Assembly: GCA_965263035.1 (NCBI GenBank)
Contig: OZ253580.1
Location: 3,104,001-3,168,000, forward strand
Source of the DNA: Acidobacteriota bacterium
GTDB lineage: Bacteria > Acidobacteriota > UBA6911 > RPQK01 > JAJDTT01
Length of the DNA: 64,000 nt
Direction: 5' to 3'
The notes beneath the pieces were generated by a model. The model made no database searches. It was not told the DNA's origin and worked only from the letters and a program-made list of their open reading frames with translations. The first letter of the stretch is position 1, and each line of letters begins with the position of its first letter. Both the position numbers and the translations under genes were made by a program. This document shows positions 38,798 through 49,230 of the stretch, piece by piece.

Positions 38798-40114
38798 TTA
38801 GGGCTGACGCAGGCTGGAACCTGGGGACCTGTTGGGCTTCATCTCGATGTACGTCGAGGGATCGGTGGAGTAGCTGACGGGCTTCGGGTCGAGCAGTTCG
38901 ACCAACTTGTCCTTGATGGCAAATGCCTGAAAAAAGTTGCCTCGGGGATTATAGTGGCCGATCCAATAACGCCTGATGTACTCGTCCACAGTCAGGTTGA
39001 ACTGGGCAAAATCCCTCCGGTGCGCCTCCATCAGATCTACATAAGGCAGCCTCTTCTCTTCTAGAAAATCAAGCAGGCTCTGGTCGAAACGTTCCCCTGT
39101 TTTCAGCACCTGTGCTGCGTTCCGTTGCCCATAGGAGAGCACGAAGAGGAGTTGTTTTCCCTGAGCCGATGCAAAGTGCTCGATCTTCTCGACGATCCTC
39201 ATGGTGGCGAACAGCGCGGCTCTGGTGTAAAGCCTCTCTGCCGTTCGCTTCAGCTCTTCCGGAGTCCCGCTGCTGATCTGGAGGCCGTGTTCCCGAGCCA
39301 GATCGTCAATCACGTCGTAGCTCGGCTGGGGGGAGCTCGTTCCTGGGTCCCTTTGGGCCAGGACGATCTTCAGCACGAAGTCGTCCTTGAATCGCTCGAA
39401 CACCCAGTCGGGGTCACTGAGGTTACGAATCGATTCGGGAGTAGGACAGGGGTTTTTGAACTCGGCAAATTGCTTGGTTGCGGGATTCACAACGACATAG
39501 GGCATGGTGGAGCCGAGCACGGCCGGCCACATCCCGGTCGTATAGCCCAATCGAATGTTGCGCCAGCCATGCAGGTTTCGATAGTGATCGTCATCGTAGA
39601 TGTTGAAGATGATGTACCGGGCGGACGTACGAGTTTCCTCTCGCAGCATTCTCAGGTAGGCCTGGTAGACGGAGTACCCTCCGACTCCGAAGTTGCGCAG
39701 AGGTTCACACAGGTGGGCGGCGAGCACTTCCTGCCAGGTTTCGCCGTCACTGACCTGGTCGCAGTGAGTGAAACTGTTTCCGTAGGTGTTGATCCGGCAA
39801 GGGTTGCCGCCGTACATGATGGTTCGGCGGGCACCCGCGTACCGATAGGTCGATATCGATCCATCGACCCCGTGTTTGACCCGTCTGTCGGCAAACAGCC
39901 ACCCCAGTTGGCTGTCGTAGGATTCCCCCAGCGTTGCCCTGCCCGAGATCCAGTCCTCCACCTGCTCCCGCGGGTACAGAATACTTTTCAAGTAGGCTTG
40001 GGCCTGCCGCTCCCACGCTTCGCTTTCTCCCCCCTGGCGTGCCGTTTGCGCTGCCACCGCCAGGGTGAGCACCAGGCAAGCCAGCCCTGAAGCCACCAGG
40101 CTCGTTCTTGGCAT
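38798..40114 (-). CDS. Secreted SGNH/GDSL hydrolase-like protein
   Basis: Signal peptide; YGNSFT, NFGVGGYS, GHYNPRGN. Confidence 0.75.
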   Translation of the reverse strand: MPRTSLVASGLACLVLTLAVAAQTARQGGESEAWERQAQAYLKSILYPREQVEDWISGRATLGESYDSQLGWLFADRRVKHGVDGSISTYRYAGARRTIMYGGNPCRINTYGNSFTHCDQVSDGETWQEVLAAHLCEPLRNFGVGGYSVYQAYLRMLREETRTSARYIIFNIYDDDHYRNLHGWRNIRLGYTTGMWPAVLGSTMPYVVVNPATKQFAEFKNPCPTPESIRNLSDPDWVFERFKDDFVLKIVLAQRDPGTSSPQPSYDVIDDLAREHGLQISSGTPEELKRTAERLYTRAALFATMRIVEKIEHFASAQGKQLLFVLSYGQRNAAQVLKTGERFDQSLLDFLEEKRLPYVDLMEAHRRDFAQFNLTVDEYIRRYWIGHYNPRGNFFQAFAIKDKLVELLDPKPVSYSTDPSTYIEMKPNRSPGSSLRQP

Positions 40115-40394
40115 AGTCGATCCTCCGGTCGAATCTCGTGTCGAAACGCAATCAACCCAGGTTTCTCATCACCTAAAGAGTTCTGGCTGGGCGGGTTGAA
40201 TCAGTCTTTCGCCTCGCCGTAGTCTCAGCCCTCGGAAGAGGCCTGCCGGGTTGTTCTTCAGGAGAACCCAGGCTTTGCAGCGTACACTATTCTCGTTGCG
40301 CATCCCAAAAGAACCTGGGAGAAAACGGATCTCAGTCCCTGACCTCGAAAAAGTCCACACGACTCCCTACTAGACATCCGACCTTCTTATCTGA

Positions 40395-40422
40395 ACACGA
40401 GAACGTGACTGTCCCCTTTTCG
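40395..40422 (+). repeat. 28-bp direct repeat (family D), copy 1
   Basis: ACACGAGAACGTGACTGTCCCCTTTTCG, identical at 41856-41883. Confidence 0.88.
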
Positions 40423-40495
40423 GGGCCCTTTTCGTTTCCTGTATCTTGGGTGTTGAAGTCTCAATCTGAGGTTCGATCGAACACGGAGGGCTCCC

Positions 40496-41731
40496 ATGGC
40501 CTGGAAGAACTTTTCCCGTCGGCAATTCGCGAAACGCTTGACCATCCTTGGAGCGCTGCCACTGAGTGTCCGCCCCCTGTCGGCAGCGTCGGAAGTGGCT
40601 CCTCCGAAGCCTCCTGCTCCTCCTGAGGTCAAGTCCTACCCGGGGATCCTCAGGCACAGAGTTGTCTTTTGGGATCCTCACGGATACTCGGCCTGGCCGA
40701 CCATCTTGAAGTGCCGGGATGGAGAAATGCTGATTGCGTTCTGTGAAGCCATGCGCCGGACCGCCCGATTGACCCATGCGGATCCCTCATTCTACGGCAT
40801 GATCATTCGCTCCAGCGATCAGGGTGAAAGCTGGTCTGAGCATCCCGAAGTCATCGGCGGCTATGAGTACTACGGAATGGATGATCCGGGCATCACGCAG
40901 CTGTCGGACGGAAAGATCCTGGTCAACGCCTTCCGCCGTTCCTTTGCCCCGGCGGCCTCGGTGGATAGAAGAACAGATGTTCGCTTGGCTCGGGTGGAGC
41001 CGTATCAGTGGGCTACAGGCTACAGTGATGAAATGACCTATGTTTTCCACTCGTTGGACAATGCTCGCAGCTGGTTGGAGCCGGTCCACGTGGACGTTTC
41101 CCCCTTCAAAGCAGGGTGTCAACTCCGGGCGATCATCGAACTGCCGGATGGAACTCTGCTTCTGCCTTGCTATGAGGAGTTCCATGGGCCATCGACTTCG
41201 GAGTCGGCGATGACCTGGACGGCCTATGTCCTTCGATCTCGTGATCGGGGGAGGAGTTGGGGTGAGCCGTCCGTGATTGGGGAACACGGGGTTCACGGCA
41301 TAGGCTACAACGAGCCGGCTCTGATTCACCTGCCCAGCGGTCGGACGATCGCTCTTCTCAGGACCTGGCCGGCCGGATGGCTGTACCAGAGCGATTCGCA
41401 CGATCTGGGGCAAACCTGGAGCACACCGGCCAAGACCCCGATGTGGGGGTATCCGGCCCATCTCCGGCAGCTTCAGGATGGGAGACTTTTGGCCACCTAC
41501 GGCCACCGGCGAGAGCCTTTTGGGATCCGGGCCTGCCTGAGCTCAGATGAGGGTAGAAGCTGGAATATCGAGAGTGAGATTGTACTCCGGGATGATCTCA
41601 AGAACAGAGATCTGGGATATCCGACCACCACACAGTTGGATGACGGCACCCTGCTGACCGCCTACTACGGAAGGGACGAGAACAACGACGTGACCTGCAT
41701 TCAGATCACATCTTGGAAAATAGCCTCTTGA
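40496..41731 (+). CDS. Tat-exported BNR/Asp-box sialidase-like protein
   Basis: SRRQF; Asp boxes SSDQGESW, SRDRGRSW, SHDLGQTW, SSDEGRSW; DLGYP. Confidence 0.88.
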   Translation: MAWKNFSRRQFAKRLTILGALPLSVRPLSAASEVAPPKPPAPPEVKSYPGILRHRVVFWDPHGYSAWPTILKCRDGEMLIAFCEAMRRTARLTHADPSFYGMIIRSSDQGESWSEHPEVIGGYEYYGMDDPGITQLSDGKILVNAFRRSFAPAASVDRRTDVRLARVEPYQWATGYSDEMTYVFHSLDNARSWLEPVHVDVSPFKAGCQLRAIIELPDGTLLLPCYEEFHGPSTSESAMTWTAYVLRSRDRGRSWGEPSVIGEHGVHGIGYNEPALIHLPSGRTIALLRTWPAGWLYQSDSHDLGQTWSTPAKTPMWGYPAHLRQLQDGRLLATYGHRREPFGIRACLSSDEGRSWNIESEIVLRDDLKNRDLGYPTTTQLDDGTLLTAYYGRDENNDVTCIQITSWKIAS

Positions 41732-41855
41732 CGGCGAAGTTGCGGCATCTGCCATCGTGGGGGGTAGGCTGTCTGCGGTTCCCTGGGGGGCGAAGATTGG
41801 AGCGAAAGGCAGTCTAAAGCTTGAACATTGGTGCGAGCAGACAACTGTTTATGGC

Positions 41856-41883
41856 ACACGAGAACGTGACTGTCCCCTTTTCG
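41856..41883 (+). repeat. 28-bp direct repeat (family D), copy 2
   Basis: Identical to 40395-40422. Confidence 0.88.
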
Positions 41884-41954
41884 CGTTCGCCCTCCCGAGT
41901 CTTTCCGCTTCCGGTTACCGCCTGCGCCTGCCGGCGAGCTGGCGACGCATCTCT

Positions 41955-42620
41955 TCACGGGATGCGGCCAGTTACCAGCAAGTGCCGGTCGCTCACGGTC
42001 CTCACTTCCAGATTTGCCAAGTCCGCTTCCCGAAGCTGATCCGAAACTTCGTCGGGGCGGTAGGCTGCCAACAGCGAATGATAGAAGTCCCGCTGGAGGA
42101 TCTCCGGTTCGTCGCCGCAGTAGGCTCGCACCAGCTCTCGCGCCCGGCGGCGGTCGTCGGGCCGGAGAAGGTCCATGACGAAGACACCGCTGCCGAGACG
42201 GGACCAGCGGCGGACTTCCCGCCACAAGATCAACGGGTCGGGCAGATGGTGGAGCAGGCTGTTGCTGACAATGGTGTCGTAGTTGGGCCGGGGGAGAGTG
42301 ACACCCGGAAGATATCCCGAATAGAGTTGTATCCGGTCCTCAAGACTCACATCTTGGATAGCTTGCCGGCCGTAGTCGAGCATGGCCTGGGAGGCGTCGA
42401 CGCCGTGGACCCTGCAGGCTGGAAAAGCCCTGGCGACGCGAATGCTGATGTCGGCGGCGCCACACCCCAGGTCGACCACCCAGGGTCCGACTTCCTGGAC
42501 CGGTAACGTTTCCTGCAGGAGCGTCAGAAAGCGGCTGTGCGGTTCCTCGAAGTCCGCATGGGCGTAGGCCCGGGCCTGTTCCTGCCCCTCCATCAATTCC
42601 GGCTCGGGGACTCGCCTCAT
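41955..42620 (-). CDS. Class I SAM-dependent methyltransferase
   Basis: RVPEPELM, DLGCGAAD, SNSLLHH. Confidence 0.92.
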   Translation of the reverse strand: MRRVPEPELMEGQEQARAYAHADFEEPHSRFLTLLQETLPVQEVGPWVVDLGCGAADISIRVARAFPACRVHGVDASQAMLDYGRQAIQDVSLEDRIQLYSGYLPGVTLPRPNYDTIVSNSLLHHLPDPLILWREVRRWSRLGSGVFVMDLLRPDDRRRARELVRAYCGDEPEILQRDFYHSLLAAYRPDEVSDQLREADLANLEVRTVSDRHLLVTGRIP

Positions 42621-43126
42621 GATTCCCGAATACCCCTGTTTCCGATCCGGTCCAGAGTCAGAAAGGTATATCGGTTCGGGTCCGTATCCTCCGGTTCATG
42701 GAGTTCCCTCTGCCGGACCTCCCAGTTCGACTCGTCATAACGGGGAAAATAGGTGTCGCCCTCAATATCGTGCGGCAGCAGAGTCAGGTACATGCGGTCG
42801 GCCCGGGCCAGGGTCTGTCGATAGACTCCGGCTCCGCCTCCGACGAAGACCTCCTCGTCACCGCGGGCCAGGAGAAGGGCGTCTTCCAGCGAGGGAGCCA
42901 CCTGGACGCCAGGGGGAGTATAGGAAGGCTGTCCGGAGAGCACGATGGAAATCCGGCCCGGCAACGGTCTGCCGATGGACTCGAAGGTCTTTCTCCCCAT
43001 GATCAGATGGTGGCCCATGGTCAGCCGCTTGAATCGCCTCCAATCGGCCGGGAGCTGCCAGGGCAACCGATTGTCGCGGCCGATGACGCGGTTCCGGGCC
43101 ATGGCCGCGATGATGGACAGCCTCAT
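42617..43126 (-). CDS. folA: Dihydrofolate reductase
   Basis: [40 protein letters not shown]; GDTYFP; ATGA overlap with thyA. Confidence 0.96.
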   Translation of the reverse strand: MRLSIIAAMARNRVIGRDNRLPWQLPADWRRFKRLTMGHHLIMGRKTFESIGRPLPGRISIVLSGQPSYTPPGVQVAPSLEDALLLARGDEEVFVGGGAGVYRQTLARADRMYLTLLPHDIEGDTYFPRYDESNWEVRQRELHEPEDTDPNRYTFLTLDRIGNRGIRES

Positions 43127-43917
43127 ACCGATATGGGGGCCCTGATGTGGGGGTGGGGATCGTAAGCTTCCAGCACGAAGTCTTCGTATCGGAAGTCGAA
43201 AATCGAAGTGATTCGGGGGTTCAGCAGGATGCGGGGCAGAGGCCGGGGCCGGCGGGAGAGCTGGAGGCGGGCCTGCTCCAGGTGATTCAGATAGAGGTGT
43301 GCATCCCCGAAGGTGTGGACGAACTCCCCAGGCTCCAGTCCGCAGACCTGGGCCATCATCCGGGTCAGGAGGGCATAGCTGGCCAGGTTGAAAGGGACGC
43401 CCAGAAAGACGTCGGCGCTCCGCTGGTAGAGCTGGCAGGAGAGCCGTCCCTCGGCCACGTAGAATTGAAACAGCGTGTGGCACGGCGGAAGCTTCATCCG
43501 GTCCAGGTCGGCGACGTTCCACGCGCTCACGATATGGCGCCGCGAATCGGGATTCGTGCGGATGGCCTCGATGACGCCGGTGATCTGATCGATGTGGCGG
43601 CCGCCTGGAGCCGGCCAGGAGCGCCATTGGTAGCCGTAGATGGGGCCCAGATCCCCATCCCGGTCGGCCCACTCGTCCCAGATGCTCACTCCGTTTTCAT
43701 TCAGGTAGGCGATGTTGGTGTCACCCGCCAGAAACCAGAGGAGCTCATGGATCACCGACCGGAGATGCAGCTTCTTGGTGGTGAGCAGGGGGAAGCCGTC
43801 GGCCAGATCGACGCGCATCTGATATCCGAAGACGCTCCGGGTTCCGGTGCCGGTGCGGTCGCTCTTCTCGACTCCGTCTTCGAGAATGTGGTGGAGCAGA
43901 TCCAGGTAAACTTGCAT
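43123..43917 (-). CDS. thyA: Thymidylate synthase
   Basis: DRTGTGT, ELLWFL, LPPCH, YQRSAD, GVPFN, 264 aa. Confidence 0.98.
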   Translation of the reverse strand: MQVYLDLLHHILEDGVEKSDRTGTGTRSVFGYQMRVDLADGFPLLTTKKLHLRSVIHELLWFLAGDTNIAYLNENGVSIWDEWADRDGDLGPIYGYQWRSWPAPGGRHIDQITGVIEAIRTNPDSRRHIVSAWNVADLDRMKLPPCHTLFQFYVAEGRLSCQLYQRSADVFLGVPFNLASYALLTRMMAQVCGLEPGEFVHTFGDAHLYLNHLEQARLQLSRRPRPLPRILLNPRITSIFDFRYEDFVLEAYDPHPHIRAPISV

Positions 43918-44127
43918 GGGCTCGATGGTTCCTGAGCGATTCAATCGCATTGTAGTAAACCTGAGCGACGATCCGCACGCGGCTGCCCGCCTGAGAAGCC
44001 TCATTCCCGGATACTCACTCTTCCTCTTTGTTGCCTAGTTTGCACCGCCGCATATAGAATCGGGCCGCTCGCTGGTTGAAGCGCCAAGGTTTCCGAGGCT
44101 CCGGGCCGGCAGCGAAGGAACGTGGCC

Positions 44128-45060
44128 ATGCAACTCCATCCCTTTGGTAACACGGGACTTATGGTCTCCCCTCTCGGCTTCGGAGGGGCTCCGGTCGGTT
44201 TCTTGGAAGAGCAACTCAAGGACGTTTCCCGGCTCGTCAATACGCTCCTGGACGAAGGGGTGAACCTGATCGATACGGCCGCCTGCTACCCCGGTTCGGA
44301 GCGGCTCGTCGGAGCGTCAGTGAGTCATCGCCGCGACGAGTATGTTCTGGTTACCAAATGCGGCCACGAAGTGGACGGGGCCGCCGGCCGCGAGTGGTCG
44401 CCCCGGCTCGTGACCAACACCGTGGACCGGGCTCTGAGACGCCTCCGCACTGACACCATCGACGTGATGCTGCTTCACTCCTGCCCTCTGTCGGTGCTTC
44501 AAAAAGGAGACGCATTGGCTGCCCTGGTGCGCGCCCGGGACCAGGGAAAGATCCGCTTCGTGGGATATTCGGGAGACAATGAAGCCGCCGCCTACGCAGC
44601 CGGTCTACCGGATGTGGCGGTGGTCCAGACCTCCGTGAACATCTGTGACCAGTCCAATATCGATTCGGTGCTTCCCTGCACGCGGGAAGGGGGACAGGGA
44701 GTGATGGCGAAACGGCCGCTGGCAAACGCCGCGTGGAAGGACCTGTCGGCCCAGCGGGGCATTTACCAGAATTACGCCAAGTCCTATATGGCACGCTTGC
44801 AATCCATGGGTTTCACGCTGGCCGATCTGGGATTCGAGGGCGATCCGGCTCGGGTATGGCCCGGCATTGCCCTGCGCTTCACCCTGTCTCAGCCGGGAGT
44901 TCATTGCGCCATCGTAGGCACTACCAGCATTGACAACGCCAGGTCCAATATCCGGGCCGCCGGTGAGGGTCCGCTGGCCGATCCGGTAGTCCGAAAAATT
45001 CGCCGGGCCTTTCGCTCCGCACAGTCTGCGTCGGACGAGGATTGGCCGGGTTTGACCTGA
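44128..45060 (+). CDS. Aldo/keto reductase
   Basis: IDTAACY..SE, TKCG, LRRLRTDTID, GKIRFVG. Confidence 0.92.
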   Translation: MQLHPFGNTGLMVSPLGFGGAPVGFLEEQLKDVSRLVNTLLDEGVNLIDTAACYPGSERLVGASVSHRRDEYVLVTKCGHEVDGAAGREWSPRLVTNTVDRALRRLRTDTIDVMLLHSCPLSVLQKGDALAALVRARDQGKIRFVGYSGDNEAAAYAAGLPDVAVVQTSVNICDQSNIDSVLPCTREGGQGVMAKRPLANAAWKDLSAQRGIYQNYAKSYMARLQSMGFTLADLGFEGDPARVWPGIALRFTLSQPGVHCAIVGTTSIDNARSNIRAAGEGPLADPVVRKIRRAFRSAQSASDEDWPGLT

Positions 45061-45065
45061 ATCTA

Positions 45066-45665
45066 ATGACCTTTCACCCTGCCGACTACGGACCGATTCT
45101 GGCTGGCCTGCTGGACGCGGGACGTCTTCCGGAGCTGGGACCTGGCCGACCCGACCCCGAGGCTCAGGGTTTGGTGGATGCGGTGACGCCGGATAGGGCT
45201 TTTGCCCACACGATTGTCGTGGACCGGGAAATGGCCCGTGCCTGTCTCGCCGGTCTTTGGCTCCACCATGACCATCTGGACCGCTCTCACGCCGTCAGTC
45301 AGACGATTCACACGACTACCGGGAGCTACTGGCACGGGATCATGCACCGGCGGGAGGGAGACTACCCCAATGCCAAGTACTGGTTTCGCCGGACCGGAGA
45401 CCATCCCGTCTTTTCGGATCTGGCTCGGAGTGCCGGCCGGCTGACGGCGGGTTCCGGAGTCGATGCCGAACGGCTGATCGCCGGAGATCGCTGGGATCCG
45501 TACGCGTTCGTCGATTTGTGCCAAGCATGTGTCGTCGGACGCTCGGACAATGAATCACTCTGCCGCCGGATCCAGCGGCTGGAATGGGAAATTCTCTTCG
45601 ACTACTGTTATCGGCGCGCCGCGGGAGTCGTAACGCCTCCTGAGTCGCGAGAAGTCGCAAGCTAG
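45066..45665 (+). CDS. Conserved hypothetical protein
   Basis: SH..SQ...GSYWHGIMHRREGDY.NAKYWFRR motif; co-oriented between AKR and SDR. Confidence 0.75.
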   Translation: MTFHPADYGPILAGLLDAGRLPELGPGRPDPEAQGLVDAVTPDRAFAHTIVVDREMARACLAGLWLHHDHLDRSHAVSQTIHTTTGSYWHGIMHRREGDYPNAKYWFRRTGDHPVFSDLARSAGRLTAGSGVDAERLIAGDRWDPYAFVDLCQACVVGRSDNESLCRRIQRLEWEILFDYCYRRAAGVVTPPESREVAS

Positions 45666-45671
45666 GACTGA

Positions 45672-46505
45672 ATGATGCCGAGACTGCAGGACCAGGTGGC
45701 CGTCGTGACCGGAGGCGCCCAGGGACTGGGAGGCGCCATTGCCCGCGGCATGGCCGCCGCGGGGGCCTCGGTTCTGATCGCCGACATCGATCTGGAAGCA
45801 TCTCAGAGGAACGTCCGGCAGATTCAGGCGGCCGGCAATACCGCGGTGGCTCTGCGGACCGACGTCAGCCGGAGAGAAGACCTGCAAGCGGCCGTGGAGC
45901 GGGTGGTTCGGGAATGGGGACGGCTGGACATCCTGGTCAACAACGCCTTTGACGTGTCCACCGCCGGGACCGGTGGAGCCGTTCAGGTTTCGGAAGAGGA
46001 CTGGGACGCCGGCATGAACGTCATGGTCAAGGCCATCTACCGGGCGGTCAAGCTTGCGGTGCCCGAGATGATCAAGAGCGGTGCCGGGAGCATCGTCAAC
46101 ATCTCTTCGGTCCACGGCCTGCTGACGGCTCCGGGTTTTCTCGTGTATGAGACGGCCAAAGCCGCGGTCATCGGCATGACTCGGCAGATGGCCTGTGAGT
46201 ACGGCCCCGACGGGATTCGCGTCAACTCGATTCTGCCCGGTCACATGGTGACGGAGCGCCTTCAGCCCATGTGGGACGAGAATCCATCCGGACACGCCTA
46301 CTTCGAGAATCAGTACCCCCTCCGGCGCTTGGGCACCACCGATGATATCGCGCAGGGCGCGGTCTTCCTGTGTTCGGAGGAAGCCTCCTTCATCACCGGC
46401 CACGCTCTGGTCATCGACGGTGGACTCTCCATTCAGCTCCAGGAGAACTTCGGGGTCCGACAGGGACGGTACATGGCGGAGCACCCCGAAACTCGAATCC
46501 CTTAG
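45672..46505 (+). CDS. SDR family oxidoreductase
   Basis: TGGAQGLG, NNA, YETAK. Confidence 0.95.
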   Translation: MMPRLQDQVAVVTGGAQGLGGAIARGMAAAGASVLIADIDLEASQRNVRQIQAAGNTAVALRTDVSRREDLQAAVERVVREWGRLDILVNNAFDVSTAGTGGAVQVSEEDWDAGMNVMVKAIYRAVKLAVPEMIKSGAGSIVNISSVHGLLTAPGFLVYETAKAAVIGMTRQMACEYGPDGIRVNSILPGHMVTERLQPMWDENPSGHAYFENQYPLRRLGTTDDIAQGAVFLCSEEASFITGHALVIDGGLSIQLQENFGVRQGRYMAEHPETRIP

Positions 46506-46587
46506 TTCGTGTTGCCGAATTCCGGGGATGGGTCCGGCGTTGGACTGCCACAGACCTGTCGCCACAGTTGGAGTGTAGGATTCCACC

Positions 46588-47520
46588 ATGAACCTGTGGT
46601 TGATGGCCTGCCTCCTGGCCTTTACGGCTTCTTCGGTCCTGGGCCAGGAGAGAATCCGCGTCGGCGCCTGGAACATCGAGACCCTGGGATCGCCCGACAG
46701 CCGCGACTACCAGCGCAAGTCTCCCTCCAACGGCTACGGAGTGCCTCGAGAGCCGCGGGAACTGGCGGACCGGATCGAAGCTCTGCGACTCGACGTGCTG
46801 GCCCTTTCCGAAATCGACGACACCGATGCCGGGGACGGCTCGGCGACGAACCGGGTTCTGGACGAGGCATTTCGGATACTGAATCGGCGTGGCGGCAACG
46901 ACTGGACCTATGAACTCTTCCCCAAACGGATACGCCGCCACAGTTCCCAGCACACCGGCCTGGCCTGGAACCGGCGGCGAATTCGAGCCGTGGGCAGGCG
47001 TTTCCGGGTACCTGTCACCGACGTCACCTCACGCCGGTTCTTCGAGTGGGACCGGCATCCCCACGCCATGAAGTTCACCCGGGGACGAGGACGAACCGAT
47101 TTCGTGGTGATTCCCATTCACATGAAGGCGGGACACAACCAGACGGCCGTGAAGCAGAGGCGGAGTGAAGCGGAGGCGCTGGTCCGGGAGTTATCGAAGA
47201 TCCAAAACCATTTTCAGGACCAGGACATCATTCTCATCGGCGACTTCAATATGCGTCGGCGCAGCGAACCGGCCGGTCGCGTTTATCGGAAGAAGGGAGG
47301 TCTGTTCGATCTGAACTATTCCGATCGATCCACCCATATTGCCGACCTTCCCTTGGACCGGTGCTACATCCCAAGGGCCCAGCGGGAGAGCGAGTTCGCC
47401 GGCGTCACCCAGGTTCGGATCGCCGCGCCGCCGCCGGCGGCCCGCAAAAGCTTCCGTCGCCAACTCTCCGATCATTGGCCCATCGTCCTCGAGTTCGCGG
47501 AGCAGGCCGACGACGACTGA
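46588..47520 (+). CDS. Secreted endonuclease/exonuclease/phosphatase family protein
   Basis: WNIE, LSEI, IHMKA, IGDFN, SDHWP. Confidence 0.9.
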   Translation: MNLWLMACLLAFTASSVLGQERIRVGAWNIETLGSPDSRDYQRKSPSNGYGVPREPRELADRIEALRLDVLALSEIDDTDAGDGSATNRVLDEAFRILNRRGGNDWTYELFPKRIRRHSSQHTGLAWNRRRIRAVGRRFRVPVTDVTSRRFFEWDRHPHAMKFTRGRGRTDFVVIPIHMKAGHNQTAVKQRRSEAEALVRELSKIQNHFQDQDIILIGDFNMRRRSEPAGRVYRKKGGLFDLNYSDRSTHIADLPLDRCYIPRAQRESEFAGVTQVRIAAPPPAARKSFRRQLSDHWPIVLEFAEQADDD

Positions 47521-47568
47521 CCCCTGCGGCAACCAGCCCCAAGGCTTGCCGCGCTCTTCTTGGAAACC

Positions 47569-47900
47569 GAGGAAAGAGGAAAGCTCCCCCACCGGCCCGG
47601 TCCGGCGGACGCCCGGTAGAAAAAGGGTAGGAGCGCCGGTTTTCAACCGCCGAACTCCGGTGGAGCTTGGAGGAAGGGGCGACTGGAAGTCGCCCCTCCT
47701 TGTTTCTTAGAAGAGAAATAGAGGAAAGAGTGCAGACAGGTGCGTAGTTTACGCGTAGCGGGCACCTCAACCGAAGATGATCTCGTCAGGAATACTGGAG
47801 ACAGTTTGGTTCGAAGCCTTGTTTCTCCCATGAATCCGCCAGGGCCAGCCGGTGGGGGAGCTTCTCTCTTTCCTCTCTCCTCTTTTCTTTTTCCTCGCCT
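47569..47900. repeat. Composite intergenic repeat region: inverted ~40-bp arms, REP doublet (47627-47700), purine tracts
   Basis: GAGGAAAGAG.AAGCTCCCCCACCGGC arms at ~47569-47609 and inverted at ~47835-47875; GTAGGAGCG...; AGGGGCGAC-TGGAA-GTCGCCCCT hairpin. Confidence 0.72.
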
Positions 47901-49223
47901 TCACCAGCCCTTCCAACTGCCGTCCGCGTGGCGGTACTGCCGGTAGGACATCTCGGCGTCATAGCGAAGCTTGGCGATGTCGGACTCCTTGACCCGGATC
48001 CCGAGACCGGGCCGGTCGCTCAGCCGGACGTGGCCGTCGACCAGGGAGAGGTCATGCTCCACGTACCGATCCATCCGCTCCAATCCCCAGGCTTCCTGGA
48101 CCAGGAAGTTGGAGATGACGGCATCCACTTGAAACAGAGCCGCCAGATGGATGGGTCCCGAGGCGTTGTGGGGCGCCATCAGGATCTGGGCCTCTTCGGC
48201 CAGGCGTGAGACGGCCAGGAACTGGGTGATGCCGAAGCTGTGGCTCAGATCAGGCTGGAGAAAAGCGCAGGCTCGGGCATCGATGACCTCCTTGAACTCC
48301 CGGTAGGAGAAGAATTTTTCACCCGTGGCGATGGGAACCGGACTGCGCGCCGAGATCTCCTTCAGCGCCGCGATGGATCCCACCTTGCAAGGCTCCTCCA
48401 GGAAGAGAGGCTTGTAGGGAGCCACGGCCTCGGCGAAGGCGATGGCCAGGGCCGGATTGGGGCTGCCGTGGGTGTCCAGCATCAGGTCGATCTCCGGTCC
48501 CACCTCTTCCCGAACGGCCGCCACGATCCGGACGCACTCGTCCAAGGCTCCCCGGTCCATGGGCCAGGTCCGCATTTCCAGCGGATTTCCCTTGAGGCCT
48601 CGAACTCCCGAGGCGACGGCGTCCCGAGCCCGGGCCACGGCTTCCTGGATGGATTCGAAGCTGATCCCGCCATGGTAGACGCGGATGCGGTCTCGCTTCC
48701 GGCCTCCCAGGATCTGGTAGACGGGGACTCCCCAAGCTTTGCCGGTGATGTCATAGAGGGCCATGTTCACCGCCGCCAGGGCCGAACCCAGGACCGGTCC
48801 GCCCTTCCAGGGAAGCCGGTCCGAGATGTCGTCGCACAGAGCGACCACGTTCAGGGGATCCTGCCCCACCAGGAGTTCCCGCCAGCCCTCCAGCGTCGTC
48901 TTCACCACCGGAGAAAGCCATTCGATACTGGCCTCCCCCCAGCCCGAGAGTTCCGTATCGGTCTCGATCTTGAGAAACAGCCAGGTCTTGAAGCTGCTGG
49001 CGATGCTCCTTCGGACCCCCTTCCTGGGAGGAGGACTTCCGGTCGGCACGTTGAACATGTAGGTCTTCATTCCGGTGATTTTCATGGGTCCTGTTCTTCT
49101 CCGCCTGGGAGGCTCCTGTGGCCTCGGTGTGGACGCAAAAAGAGCACCAGCCGACGATCCGAGGCCCGCCGTGGCGATCAGGAAATCACGACGGTCCAGG
49201 CCATCCGCTCGGCATGGGAGCAT
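47901..49223 (-). CDS. Mandelate racemase/galactonate dehydratase-like enolase-superfamily enzyme with Tat-like leader
   Basis: DRRDFL; ALYDITGK..GVPVYQILGG; DTHG; FLEEP; IATGE; APHN. Confidence 0.9.
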   Translation of the reverse strand: MLPCRADGLDRRDFLIATAGLGSSAGALFASTPRPQEPPRRRRTGPMKITGMKTYMFNVPTGSPPPRKGVRRSIASSFKTWLFLKIETDTELSGWGEASIEWLSPVVKTTLEGWRELLVGQDPLNVVALCDDISDRLPWKGGPVLGSALAAVNMALYDITGKAWGVPVYQILGGRKRDRIRVYHGGISFESIQEAVARARDAVASGVRGLKGNPLEMRTWPMDRGALDECVRIVAAVREEVGPEIDLMLDTHGSPNPALAIAFAEAVAPYKPLFLEEPCKVGSIAALKEISARSPVPIATGEKFFSYREFKEVIDARACAFLQPDLSHSFGITQFLAVSRLAEEAQILMAPHNASGPIHLAALFQVDAVISNFLVQEAWGLERMDRYVEHDLSLVDGHVRLSDRPGLGIRVKESDIAKLRYDAEMSYRQYRHADGSWKGW

Positions 49224-49230
49224 GGTGGTG

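Noticed and set aside
42617-43672. 351-aa ORF suggesting a DHFR fusion
   Set aside because: The upstream part is an alternate frame of thyA; folA starts at 43126 with an ATGA overlap.
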